Source: Anthoceros angustus (taxonomy: Eukaryota; Plantae; Anthocerotophyta). From it: 64,000 bases of DNA. Positions 11,982 through 24,760 of this stretch are shown here, piece by piece. The position numbers and the translations under genes are program-made. The DNA is taken from NCBI GenBank assembly GCA_010909165.1, contig MU008191.1, forward strand, positions 124,001-188,000, given 5' to 3'. The notes beneath the pieces are model-generated. The model saw nothing but the letters and a program-made list of their open reading frames with translations, was not told where the DNA came from and ran no database searches. Each line of letters starts with the position of its first letter. The first letter of the stretch is position 1.

Positions 11982-14227
11982 CTTTCAATTCACCGAGCAC
12001 TACACTCTACAAGGTCTCGCAATCCCGCACCACCCACCTCGCTCCCGCCCCTCTTCCTAAATTCGCACCTTGTTCACCATGTGCATTCGCATTGATGAAA
12101 TGGTCTCTCCCGCACCACTTCCGTAGATCACCATGCGCCTGCATCCATTCATAATTGATTGCCAGCTCTTTCCTTCCTCCCTCCCTTCCTTCCTGCCAGA
12201 TCACAGCCGTGTGCGCCCTGCTGCCATTTCCATCCCAGGGCTGCCGCTGCTGTTATCTGATCCGTTGACAAAGACGGTGCCCCCGTCCAGGCGGAGGAGA
12301 AGGGAATGCCTCAGGGCGAGTCGGCGATGGCGCCAAGACTCTGTCTCGGCGCGCTACGACGCGATGGAGTCAAGTGCCAGCCTGCGCGCAGCCACACAGC
12401 CAGGCAACGCTGTGAACCAAAGCGCACGCTGCCATATGTTTTTTTTTTTTTTCACCACCTGCCTGCCTAATTTCAGATTCCGTCGCTTCCCACCAGATTC
12501 CTTCTCCCCACCCAAGACGCGCCCGCGCCCCATATTTTATCTCACTAAAACGGATGCCAGAATTTGCAAGATGGCCCACTCCGGTCTCCTGGTGCACATG
12601 CAAGTATCCCACAATTCACACTCTCTACACATTCCCGACAATTTGATGCTTGGTTGGGTGCTAGGCCGGAGGATCACATCTTCTTGCTTAACACCAAGCC
12701 GTAAACCGTGAATGTGTACTCTGGATCGCGTGGCTTAGGCTCTCTACTTAGCTTGCACAAGAATCAATCAAACGGATTCGCATGCCAAGTCTTGTGAAGT
12801 CCTGTTGTGTGTCCGATTCAGTACAACACAATGACCCGACGTTACCACGGTTGAGGGTTTTCCTTTTCGTAATTTGTGCTTTATGAGAAACAAGATATTA
12901 TCCTTTATTTAACTATTGATGTGGAGGAGCGGTGCTTGCTTTATGGACGGATGACCCTCATGACAGTCAACGTCCTTGCACAAAAGTGAAGTAGATGAGC
13001 TGAATGCGTTTAGAACGCTTGCAGCGAATGGTAAATCGCCTAGGAAAGAGTGAGGCGCTGCGCTTTGCGCTCACGGCACGGCCTGCTGATTTGCATACCC
13101 TGGCCTCGATCCCCATTCCATTCAGGCTCAGACGCGGCGCCCCGATTTCTCCTCTTCTTCAGCCTTGGGACTCTTGGCCTTGGTGTTGGAGTGGCCGCAC
13201 TGTTGGAACGCCTCTTTCCCACCTGTGTACTGCACTGCAAATAATAAGCAGGAGGCGCAGCGCTCACTGTGCCTGTTGTGGTGCACCCGCCGCGCGGGCT
13301 TAAACTGGAGTGAGGACGAGTGAAACGAGATTCCGGATCTGCTACAGCTTGAGATGAGTGAGGTCTCTGGATCTTGCTATTGGCCTATCTCTGCTTGTCA
13401 TGTCTGACATGTGCATGCTATTACATACCTGCTTTGCTGTTGGAAAGGAAGGACACGGATAGGGTTCGTTGCCCTCCAGGCATTGTGGCCGCCTAAGGAT
13501 GCCATTTGCGGCAGCTTCCAGCTGATTCTTTGAAATACCATGGCCCGCACATTCGTTTTTCGTCCTCCGGCCAGCAAACAAAAACCAACATGAGCCGCAG
13601 GCCAGGCCGGAAGGAAGGAAGGGATCCTTCCGGCCTGGAAGGAAGGGATCCTTCTGCAGCAGTGCTCAGGATTTGGTAGCAGCTTCTGTTTGGAACAAAG
13701 GATCGGATCTGTACAGGAACAGGCACTTGCACGTTGCAACAAATTCGCAAGAAATGGCAGGCAGGTAAACCGTGAGTGCTCCTCCTTTCACGCTCCAGCT
13801 TGCCGGTGTGACATCATGACGAGCTGGTCCTGGTTCAGGAGGTGCGGTCACGTCGCCATCGCACCGCGGCCGTGCGGTGCCACTTGTCCACTTCTTGGAT
13901 TTCAGACGCGCCACTTGTTACTTGCTCACAAGACAAGGGAGAAACCAGCCAGCAAAGTCGAGCGCTGGTGGACGCTAGGTCTTCCGATTCCGCACTTGTC
14001 TGCGACGTTACGCTGGCAGCACAACAAGTGTGGCCATGGCCTTGGCTGTCCTCGGCCTCGGGCTCGGGGTCTCGAGCATGCACTGTCGGAGTCAGTCGGT
14101 TCCGCGATTGTTCCGGCACATGCAATTGCATCCTTCCCGCTCCTCCTGTAAGCCAAGCCGCGCAGCAGCGTCGAGCCTCTCTTCATTCAGGCGTGAAGAA
14201 ACACCGGCATCCAGGTGAACTCCGAAG

Positions 14228-14656
14228 ATGGCCCGACATTGCTCGCTGCTGCTGCTCACGACCGTCTACGCAGCCGCGCTGCTGGCGGGAGTTGCAGTTG
14301 CTACCGCGCCCGGCCCCCTGAGCTCCCCGAACGTGCAGACCGGGATCTTGGAATTTGGCATCAACATCGGCCTCCGCTTTGGGGACTGCGTCAGCAGAAC
14401 CTTGCCGGACAACGCGCTGATTGCTCCCCATGTGAAGCAGCAGTGCCTGACGTCGCTGCTGCAGAGCAACGTCGATCTCATGTCCTGCTGCCAAGTCGCC
14501 AAAGGCTCCCCCGACTGCTTCTGCCCGCTGCTCAACCAATCCTCTGTCCTCTCCTACTGGTTCGACCTGGACCAGTCGCTGTTGCAGGAGAGGGTGGACG
14601 CAGTTTGCTCCTTCAGAGGAGTCGAGAATGTTACTTCCAGCTGCGGATATGCCTGA
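14228..14656 (+). CDS. Secreted 8-cysteine-motif protein (nsLTP/prolamin superfamily), 142 aa
   Basis: Hydrophobic signal peptide, then C-X18-C-X13-CC-X8-CxC-X27-C-X11-C. Intact single ORF. Confidence 0.8.
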   Translation: MARHCSLLLLTTVYAAALLAGVAVATAPGPLSSPNVQTGILEFGINIGLRFGDCVSRTLPDNALIAPHVKQQCLTSLLQSNVDLMSCCQVAKGSPDCFCPLLNQSSVLSYWFDLDQSLLQERVDAVCSFRGVENVTSSCGYA

Positions 14657-14864
14657 TAGGTACATATCTTGTACAGATTTGGAGCTGTAGGCTGCTTGGG
14701 CGGACATGTGTGATCGGTAATCCCTCGTACAAGTTTTCAAGCTGTAGGCTGCTTGTGCTGACATGTCAGCTGCATCTCTTGTTCGGTTTTAGAGCTCTCG
14801 GCTGCTACTGTAACCCAAAGCTTGATGCGTATGTATGTGTTTATGATGAGTCGATTTTGTTATC

Positions 14865-17100
14865 CGCAGGAACAGGACCCGACTCTGAGTTGTGCAATCG
14901 CTGCGTGTCTCAGACTGTGATATCTCGCCTTTCAATTCTCGAATAAGCGTAGTTGCGTATTTCCGTTGTGACAGTGGTAACACACCCGAAAGTCTGATGA
15001 TTAACAGAGGCGTACTGTCGACGGTGTTGAGGAGACCGAAAGCCAGCCATACTCTTTTCTCCCGCTCCGCCAGCCCCGCGTTCTGTTCTTCCATTGCTAC
15101 ATCCTCCGCAGTTAAGCAGCCGTGTCGTCTCTGTTTCCGCCGACGGTAAACTCATGAACCTGGTAGACACACTTCGATAAACGCCATCACGCGCCTTTCC
15201 TCAACACCTACAGCCTTCCACGAGGCTTCGGTGGTGCGAACTTCCTCCCATCCGCCAGTGTCTGCGTATGTTTCCGACATCAGAACACACTCGGCGACCT
15301 CCTCAAATTCCTATGCACCACCTCGTCAAGCGACGTCCTCCTCTCTCGACACTGCCGAGCGATTCGTAAGCACTCACCAGGACGTCCAGCTCGCGCTGCC
15401 GTTTTTAACACCTTTTCTACCTCGTGTAGTCGGCCAGCTAAGCCCAGAGGATCGACCATGCAATTGTAATTCTTGCATGCTAGCTGGTGAGCTGCCATGT
15501 TCCGCTGCCATGGTATTGGTGTTTTTCGCCTTCGTCCACCTCGCCCACATGACTACACGCATACGGCAGAGAATGTTGCAGCATCAGGCTCCACACCGTG
15601 TTGCAGCATCTCCTCGAAGAACTTAACTGCCATGCCCAAATCGTCATGCTGGGCGTGGCCATTGAGACGTGCTGTCCGGGTCACCACATCCGCCGCTCGT
15701 AGTCCGTCAAACACCAGAGGCGCATCCTCCACGCTACCGCAGTTCATGTACATGTCCACCAGTCGCCAGCTTCCAGCTCTACTTCCAGAATCTGGGCATG
15801 AATCTCCCTGCCGACCTGCAAAGCTCCTGTCCTCTTGATGCTGTGGGATGATGCCATCCTGCTGCATGCTCACAAACAGATCGAGGGCTACTAAGTACTC
15901 AGCATACCCGCGATCGTGGCAGCGGAACATGGCAGCACATCGAATGCAGCTCGAGCATCCTCCAGATTCCCGCATTTTATGCACAAATCCACAAGAGTGC
16001 TCCCCTGAAACAAGTGTGGTTCCAGCCCCCTGTCTCCATCATTTCCGACTGCATCCTCTTGAAACCCTGCATGTCTCCTGCGTTGCAACACGCTCTTAGG
16101 CATCAGACAAAAGTGGTGTTGTCTGCAGCCACCATCCTGTCGCATGGTCAGTCTAGGCTATAAAAGCTTCCTGGAGACGACCACTGTGAACACATCCAGA
16201 AATCGGGGCATTCCATATCACCACAACTCTCAGCAAGGACTTGGTGAAGACGCCCTTGAGACGTATGCGAGGATGCAGCAGGAGGACATTGCGCCAGACA
16301 TTGTGGCTACCGTAAGTGCGTCGAAAGCTTGTGGCAGTGTCGGCGGCATACAGTCAGGGGAGCAAATTCAAGTTCATTCTCAAGTGTTGAAGGTGGGATT
16401 TCAGGCTGATGTATTTGCGTGAAGTGCCCTGAAGTCATAGCATTCCATGCCACCACGTTTATGGTCGACAATCTGTCAAACACTGCTCGAGCATTCCCCA
16501 GGCTTCAACATTTCGCGTACATATCCACCCGGGTGCATCCGACAAACAGGGTGGACTCAAGCCCATCGTCAACCAAATCAGCATGCAGTTCCTTACCAGT
16601 TGTCAAATCTGCTCCAGTTGCACACGCCTTAAAAACTGCCACCAACATGTGCTCATCTGGTTCAGCATTTGCTGATAGAGCTCTACAGCTTGACAACTCT
16701 GGCCATGCTCAGCGTACGCGGAAACCATAGATGTCCACACACATGAGTCTCGAAAAGTCAGTGTGCAGAATACATGGTTTGCTTCCAGCACCCTCCCATG
16801 AGAAGCATACATTCGGATCAGATAACTCCCGGAGAGGTGTCTATCCTCGATTCCATGTTTCACACTCTGAGGATGAACTTGCTTCCCCACCATCAAGTTC
16901 TTTTCGGCAATGCAACCTTTCAAAAGACTTCAGACCATATCCCTCCAGACTGAAATTCCTTGCACGTCCATAATCTCCTGCGCATGCAAAGCCTCATTAA
17001 GCTGATCCTCCTCCCACAATCTGTACCAGGGCCCCAAACATCCGAGATCCTTCGCCCCTTGGGGCCCTGCAGGGTTCAACGTACTGTTAAAAGTACAAAC
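14865..17100 (-). pseudogene. PLS-class PPR-DYW RNA-editing factor pseudogene
   Basis: PPR motifs (VDMYAKC, LVDMYMNCGSVEDA, VFKACATGADLTTGKELHA) and DYW remnants across frames: AFIEV..QVHEFTVG, AFGLLNT..TPLLII, RVCYHCH, SRIERRDITV*D..RLH, SCSCG. Confidence 0.85.
16225..16420 (+). pseudogene. PPR fragment in inverted orientation inside the PPR pseudogene
   Basis: QQGLGEDALETYARMQQEDIAPD..SKACGSVGGIQSGEQIQVHSQVLK on the + strand. Confidence 0.8.
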
Positions 17101-17274
17101 TCAAATGCTGAGAAACCAGAAGATTTCCTGTCCACTGGACAGATACTGACATACCGATGCAAGAAGGAAACGCAGCAAGGAATTCCACAGCAATACCACA
17201 ACGCCTAGTATTCAGGCGCGACGTACCCTGGATTTTGCGCTTCCGGATGAAGTCCTGAACCTTAAAATGAAGGC

Positions 17275-17945
17275 TTAGGGTTTAGGGGCTTCGTGCCGCC
17301 GTGCCTGCTCCCGGAGAAGTCTTGGAACGAAGGTCTGGGCAACCACCAAAGGGAAGGCGATGGTGGCGTCACAATGCACCTTAATCGGCGGAGCCCCAAA
17401 TTTTCCCCAGGACACGGCTTCGTCCGAGAAGCTCCGGCATCGCTTCCATCATACTCCTGCGCGGTGTTGATGAAGACGGAAAAGTCCGCACCGTTCCTCA
17501 TCAGGTTAGCGTTGCAAATAAGGTGCTTGGGCAGGCCGCCTCCGAGACGCTGATGCCGGTCTTGCGCAGGGCAGCGTGCACAGCCTCCCCGTTCATCCGC
17601 GCAATGTCCTGCACAATATCGATCACCAGGCCCGGGTTCCGGTAGCAGTGGAAGTGGATCATGTCCCCCAGAGAGCCATCGGTGAGCGCAGGGCAGAGCA
17701 CCGAGACGCCGTTCCTCTGAGCCCAGTACAAAATGGAGCTAGGGTTGTAGATCTCCCTACCCAGCCTGGCAATCACCTTGGACGGCGTCCACAGCACCCC
17801 CTGCTCCCTCTGCTCGGCCAACAGCCTGTACAGCACCGACATCACCCAGTTCTCGAACTTGCAATAGTTGTCGTTGGGCTCCAGCAGGTTCCCGATCCGG
17901 TTCACACCCTGAGCCCGCAGCAGGGCCCCGGGCCCAGCTGGCACC
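17275..17945 (-). pseudogene. DHS: Deoxyhypusine synthase pseudogene (3' half, frameshifted); inverted copy of about 63345-64000
   Basis: [41 protein letters not shown]. High nucleotide similarity to the intact gene. Confidence 0.95.
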
Positions 17946-18192
17946 CCCGACGCACTGTTTACTTATTTGAAAGTACTTTTCATCCTTTTATCACAAATAG
18001 ATAGCGCAGGTCGGTGTTCGGGGCATGGGAATACCGGCCCTCGAAATTGGATGCTGCTGGTAAAGTTCTCGCCTATCAATACCTGTGTGAACACAACCAG
18101 CTGGAAAGAACGAGCCACCTCTGCCTGCCTGGAAAGAAGGAGCAACCTCTCCCTGAACCTCGTGGCATTTTCGTCAACTCTCCCGTCTGCAC

Positions 18193-18251
18193 ATATTAAA
18201 CTCTCACCTATTAAACTCTCACCTATTAAACTCTCACCTATTAAACTCTCA
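18193..18251. repeat. 15-bp tandem repeat (TATTAAACTCTCACC) x4
   Basis: Direct reading. Confidence 0.9.
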
Positions 18252-18506
18252 CTCTTGGCCAGGAGCTGAGATAAGAAGATCCCTGCGAATTTTGCAATTT
18301 CAACATGCCTAACCTTCCCATCCCAATGGCGCTTGCTCCGGCCGATTGTTGAATTCCTCTTTACTCTCGGACGTTCTTTTCCAATCTCAACATGCCTAAT
18401 CTGCCGACCCCAATTGCACTTGCCTTGGCCGATAGCTGAATTGTTCTCTTATCTCGGCGTTTACATCGGCCAATATAGAGGTGGAAAATTTCGTAACCAT
18501 TGGATG

Positions 18507-18918
18507 GGGCGGGATAATTAGGAGAGGGGAGCCGTATGATGGGAGACTATCACGTATGGTTCTGTGAGAGGGGGCCAGGACGGCAATGGCCCCCTCTCAC
18601 AGAAAAAAGAAAAAAGATGCATAAAAGCTGTGAAACCAAAGCTCTTTCAATCGAGAAAAGATGTACAATGCTCCCGTCCCCGCCAGTGTTAGAGGTGTAC
18701 ACATGACTTCACCTTTCGATTCGGGCGGGATAATTAGGAGAGGAGCCGTATGATGGGAGACTATCACGTATGGTTACGTGAGGGGCCGGGCGGCAATGGC
18801 CCCTCTCACGAAAAGAAAAAGATGCATAAAAGGCTGAAACCAAAGCTCTTTCAATCGAGAAAAGATGTACAATGCTCCCGTCCCCTTGATGTTAGAGGTG
18901 TACATGACTTCACCTTTC
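18507..18918. repeat. ~210-bp imperfect tandem duplication
   Basis: GGGCGGGATAATTAGGAGAG...CATGACTTCACCTTTC occurs twice (18507 and 18723). Confidence 0.85.
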
Positions 18919-18928
18919 AGTTGGGGAT

Positions 18929-21900
18929 TGGGGCTGGGACTTTCGGCCACGGCCAGCGCGCGCACAATCCCGTGTCGTTGTAGCAAGGGGTCCGTTGCCA
19001 AGACAATGATAGGCTCCGTTTGGCACGTTTTCAACCGATTCTCACCTCAACGTAGTGACCGTATCGGACTCAAGCACGCGCGTTCGCAGTTTTACGACTA
19101 ACTACTCTTAACGTTCACCGAACAGGCCCGGCGTGGCCAAACGTTTAAGGACTCGTTCGCGTCCGTATCCTACCAGTCCGTCCCTCGTCCGTCTAGTCCG
19201 TTCTCCTCACCACTCTCACTACGCTCATCGTTCTTTGGGGGAAGAATGGGTGGGTTGCGTGGTCCGGACCTCCTTCGTCGTTCCGCCGGGCCTCTCTGTC
19301 CGGGCTCTACACACCCTCCCGGAGTTCCTCTGGCTCACGCGTTCCGGTCCGTCCAACGTCGGTCCGTTGCTGTGGAAGAGCAAGGGTCTCTGATCGTTCG
19401 CCCCTGCACACACCACCACACGTTAGGGTCCGTCACCAGGACCTTGATCAATCTCTCCGGGGTTGTCATGCACATTGTGACTCGGGACTCACGTTATAGC
19501 AACAGCGCAAGGGTCTACAAAAGCCAGTATCCACCCAAGAAAAGATGCTTTACTAGAGCAGCCGGCCCTCTTATACTCGCCCAAGGCGGCGTCTTTATTA
19601 CACTCTATTTGGTGGTGGCACATTTCGGTGTACTAACTTGCCGCCTATTTCCCCTATTCCGCCTATCTCGTTGTCGGTGGTGAGTGCTCTTAGTTAGCCT
19701 CGGTGCTCGTGGCCCAATCCCTAGCCCTGATAGCTGCGGGGCACCCAATCGGATGATCCGCGGGCCTTCCCTTCGAGACTGTCGGTTGACCGGCGGCGAC
19801 GTGATCACCAAGTCCTCCTCTCCTTCCTCTCTTGCCTCACTTGTGAGCCCTTGCTCTGCGGGTCCCCCGAGAGGTTGTTCCACCGGAGCAGGTCGGTGGT
19901 GATTTCCCCTCCCCCCTGAGTTTGGACCTCGGGGTCCAGTCTCGACTCTAGAGTCCGACCTCAGGGTCCGGCCTTACTTCTGGAGTCCGGACCTCGGGGT
20001 CTGATCTCGACTCTGGGGTCCGGACCTCAAGGTCCGGCCTTATTTCTGGAGTTCGGACCTCGGGGTCCAGTCTCAATTCCGGAGTCCTTGGACTTCTCCG
20101 CCCCGTGGACTTCCCGGGGGTCCGTCCTCCTCCACCGGACCCTCACGTTGTCCCAAGTCCTCCGGGACTTCCCCCTCTATGGCCCCCTCGGGGCCCTCCT
20201 CCCTTCCTTCCGTAGTGGGGTGCAGTGCCTCGGGGCCGGTGGGGTCCATGTCTGCTCCTCCAGTGATCCCTTCCCCCTGTCGTGGCGAGCAGCTCCCAAG
20301 GTCAGTGGCCGTCTCTCGGGCCTTCATCTCTCCTCCTCCTCCTTGACTCGTCAGGTCCGTCAATTTGATTGGGGTGACTCCACGACCTCCGGGGCCTTGA
20401 GGAGCTCCAGCGTGGTAGTAAAGTCTAAAGTCGACTTGTTGGTGCCTCCTCCACATGGGCCGAGCAGTATTCCCTCCTCGGAGGTGCTCGGTAGTTGGGC
20501 GTCTTGGCCGGCTTCTTGGCCGTCTCAGGTCGCTAGGCCCGAACTCGGGACTCTCTTGAGGCCGCCAAGGCTCTCAGGCACCTCCTGCAGCCTCTGCGGT
20601 GCTCTCGTGCTCCTCCTCTCGCCCGTTGGCTCGACCAACTTCGGCCATGGAGCTCGTTGTCCCTCTGCCGCGTCGGACCCGGACCACGCTCCTCTCGAGC
20701 CTCTCCCTCCATCCATCTTTGCTCGGAGGGCCACCATCTCCCTTCCCAGGTGGTCCGGCACCTCTGCCCGGCTCCTGGCTTCCTCCAGCTCCTTCTCCAA
20801 TTCAGCGATGTCCATCTCCTTAGTTCGCCGTCGACTCTCCTCCCCCCTCCAACAGAGCTGGAGACGCTCGATCTCTTGCTCATGGTCCATGATTCTCCCT
20901 TTGAGAATTCCATGTCGCTCCACCGTGTCTTGGAGCTGCAGCTCCAAGGTATCCCTGCGATCCTCCGACTCTGGCCCCTCCTCCGCTCCACCAGCTGTGC
21001 AGGAGATCCTCTATCTCGGCAGCCTCCTTTCTTCTTCACGGCTTGCCGTACGCTCGCCGCCACCTCGGCCTTGAGTTAGCCGCGGCTACCCTAGTCTCCC
21101 TCCACGGTTTCGGTCTCGCCGGTGGTAATTCCCGTCTTCGCCGCGGCCTCGGCCTCCCGCGCCGCCTTCACCTGAGCCTCCCAGGCTTGGTGTTGCTCCT
21201 GCCTAGCCGTCTCGGCTAGGTCCCTAGCCCTTTTCGCCTGCCTTCGGGCCTCCTCCAACTCCCTCTGAGCTACTTCCCTCTGTTTGCAAGGTCCCCGCCT
21301 TGGGCTCCTGGCTTGCTTGGTGCTGTGAGGAACTTGGTCCGATCTAGTTGAACGGATTGGGCCTCTCTCTCCGCCGCCCGGCGCTTCTCCTCCTCCATTC
21401 TCGCGAGGGACTCCGCCTTCTTCCTGGCCGCTTGGGCCGCCTCCACCTGACCCTGGAGCTCCACCATCCGTTGCCAGGTGGCCTCCACTTCGTGGGTCTT
21501 CTCCGCCGTTGGACCGCCTTCGGGTGATGTAGTGGGTCGTGGATGTCGTGGGGTCTTCTCCGCCGTGGGAACCGCAGAGACCCCAGAGCATACCGTCCAT
21601 GACAGTAGCTAGAACCGTGTCTCTTCCACGGCCACCGCTGGGGAGGCACCCAAGAAGTCCGTCGTGGGTGCGGGCATCTCTTGGTCCGTTAGGGACCGCC
21701 ATCACTGCGATCGGAGCGGTGGACCAATGTCTCCGACCCAGACCCTCGGTCACAGTGCTGGGCGGACCTTCCACTTCCTTGGCCCTTTTGGCCGCTAGCT
21801 CCTCCTCTGCCCTTCTTCGCTTGGGACTCGGAGGTGGTGAGGGGTCGTGGTAGCCCTCTTGCCTCTCCCGGTTGGGGACAAGGCAGGCTCGGGGGTGGGG

Positions 21901-23664
21901 TTCTTGCGATGTCCTCCACGCTCACAGGCGTCCCTCTGCTCTCTCAGCCTCCTCAGTTTCCTGCCACTCCATTGGCGGGAAAGAGACCGGTCTTGATCTG
22001 GCTAGTTGGCGGGGCCGTCTTCCGCCTCTTCGCTTCCGCCTAGTCGTGAGTTCGGTTCTAGAGTTGTTGTGGGGCTCTTTGATCCTGCTGGCGTCGCGAC
22101 ATGACTCCCTTCTGCCAGCGCCTCCTCCTGCGTGGGTGCTCGTGAAGGACTAAGAAGAAGGCAGGAATGTCTTCCCACACTTCCACAGGTGGCGAGGGGT
22201 CCGTTCAAGCGTGTTGGTCAGATCCCTCCCAATCGTCCTCCTCCCGGACACTTGGTCTGGCCGGACACTCTGTGTTCTTCCTTCGCTTCTGCTTGGGCGA
22301 GTCCTTCATGGCGCCGCTCTTCTTCTCCTTCCTTGAGGAGGTTCATGTGCCCCACACATGGATAATAAGCAGCGACAAGCCGGGGTGGTCTCACTCCTCA
22401 ACTTCCGGGCCTCTGGTTGATCATGGCGAATAATTCTTTTCGATCGGCCCGCTTCCCCTCTGCGGGCGTGGAGGAACACCGACAAGTTGTCACCAGGTGG
22501 TCCCACCTTGGTGAGCATGTTCCGATGGGCGATGATCTTCGCCACTGCTCGCACCCTCATCTGGGAGGTCAGCATCGACCATCCGTTGGAGGATCATTGC
22601 GTTCCCGGTCTCAAGAGGGCGCTCGGCGCGTCCACCTTCCTTTCACCTTGAGGGCTTTGGAACCACTCCCCTACTTCCTCATTTGGGCGGTTGTACCGCC
22701 TCGGGACCTCCAGTCCACCTCACAGGTCCTCCACGGAGGTTCTTGGGCGGACCTCCTTGTTGCCTTAACATCTTGGGCATACTCCGGACTAGGGGCGTTA
22801 TCAGGTCGAGGCGGCTGGAAAATATCCAGTGCGGTCTTCCGAGCTCCTCCGCCTCGCCAAGGTCCGAAGTCGGGAGTGGCGCTTGGTGCGATATTCCGTT
22901 CCACGAGCACTGGGGCTCCCCACTGCCTTCTTGGGCCCCATTGCGCTCCTCTTGCTCTCATTGTTGGGGTTGAGGCTCAACAATCCTCATCCTTTTGTCG
23001 GCTGCGTCGGTCACTCCAACCACGAGGATGAGCGCGCTGCTGGGTGCTTGAGAGACAACGCCCGAGCGTGTCTCGGCGCGAGAGGCGCAACCGTCGCAGT
23101 CGCTTGGAAGAATGACCTTCGCTCGGGCATAGCGTCGAGTAACCGGTGGCGGGCGTCTCTTGCTGCCGTGGCTTCGAGGCCTACATGGCTTACTCTAGCC
23201 TTACTGTGCGCGTGCTCTAGCCTTCTGGCCCGCGTACTCTGTATCAGTGTATCGCCAACCGCGTACTCTGGCCTTGATGGTACGCCAGCGTACTCTGGCC
23301 CCTCGCTAGCACCACATACTCGGGCGTGAATGCCTATAACGACCAGCGGCAACCCCTCGTGTCCTGCATGCACATCACCGCCGGTCGTGGCTGCACAAAA
23401 TCGCTCCCGACTCCCAAGTTACTTTACTCGTACTTATCATGCCGGGGTGTAGTCCGGACTTACCGATGTGCTCCAGAGTGCGGTATCAGCTCGGAGTGTC
23501 GTCGTGGCCGCTCACGGAGTCGATGCGGAGTCGCTGCCTACTCCAGTGTAGTCAGGAGTACTCGATATATTTCTCCCTTTCCGCCTTATTTTCTACTCCA
23601 CACCTCTGAAAAAAAGCAAAACCCTAGCTCATTACCTACCAAAGGGAAGAGTCCATAGTCCACA
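18929..23664 (-). mobile_element. Solo giant LTR (~4.7 kb) of a diverged subfamily, with the internal ORF (ATG at 22941)
   Basis: Ends match the family termini. Encodes MGPKK..VERNIA..PDFGPW and RVRAVAKIIAHRNMLTKV plus a coiled coil. No pol adjacent. Flanks GGGAT/GACAT are not a clean TSD. Confidence 0.8.
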
Positions 23665-24102
23665 GACATGAGACACGGTTGTTAGCCACCAGCATGGTGG
23701 ACATGTATGTTAAATGTGGGAGCCAAGGGCGAGTTTCCATGAGGACCCGCTGAGACCCGGAACCCACGGAAGGGTTCATGTTTCATTTCTATGCTCTCTG
23801 CTCCGCATCCCCTCGTATCCTTGACTTGAAGGCACGTGGCGGTGTAAACTTTTAAGGTGACCAGCAACGTCCCATAACCCATCTCATCACTTCATCTCAT
23901 CTCATCTCATCTCTTACCCAATCTCCATGGGATTGCCTGGCAGCCCATCCATACTTCCTTCTCGCACATGAATGTTGGGTGTCTTATGTGTCGTGTGCAT
24001 TCACATCAGTGGAAGCCAGAGAGCGTTTTACTCTTCGCCAACATGTACGCCTTGTCCTTGGTGCATTCTTGCGCATTGTGTTTTGTGCAGTGTTGAGTTC
24101 AC

Positions 24103-24760
24103 ATGGCCTCACAACTGAATGCTAGTTTACTGGCCGTGATTATGGCCATTGTGTTGGTTGTGAAATATGTACTTGATGCTATCACTCATGTCCAGAGAAA
24201 TTTGTTGGGAGTTGAGGGCATGGGGTGGATGTTCTGTGGAGATCAATTGGACCTTGACGATGTCATGGAAAATTTCATGATTGCAATGGATGAGTTTCAT
24301 GGTGTGCTCTCTGTCATTATCACTACTACATATCTACCGAGGGGTCTTCTCAATGGCATTCAGTATGGGGGACTTTACATCAAACCAAGGATCAAAGACT
24401 CATGGGCTCTATACAAACATGTGGCCTTAACAGATGAGCGCCGGTTTGCAAGATTCTTCAGGTTCTCATGGACTACATTCAACTACAATTGTTCTCTCAT
24501 TGCTCATGATTTGGAGTCCATCCAGGTCCCAGGCTTTGGCACAACTCCAGGGCGAATCATTCCTATGGACAAGCAAGTTCGCATTGCATTGCGGAGACTC
24601 GCAAAGGGTGACACTTATATTTCAATTGGAGAAGCTTTTGGTGTGGGCTCTATTACATACAGCATGTAAGATTTTGCACAGATTCGTGACTTCCTTGATG
24701 GTTCGTAGGAGAAACCATCTTGTGTGGCCATCATCAGTTGCTATGCCACTGATTAAATGT
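24103..24760 (+). pseudogene. PIF/Harbinger transposase N-terminal (HTH) fragment
   Basis: FARFFRFS..TF..(L)..IPMDKQVRIALRRLAKGDTYISIGEAFGVG, then HLVWP after a frameshift. Truncated before the DDE core. Confidence 0.8.

Noticed and set aside
17500-17560. DHS duplicate as a nascent homospermidine synthase
   Set aside because: It is truncated and frameshifted, and keeps IxxxN rather than the HSS-type VxxxD.
18924-23669. TSD for the solo LTR at 18929-23664
   Set aside because: GGGAT versus GACAT is only a 3/5 match, so it was not counted as evidence.
23680-23725. PPR gene next to the LTR end
   Set aside because: Only one partial motif (LATSMVDMYVKCGS); debris.
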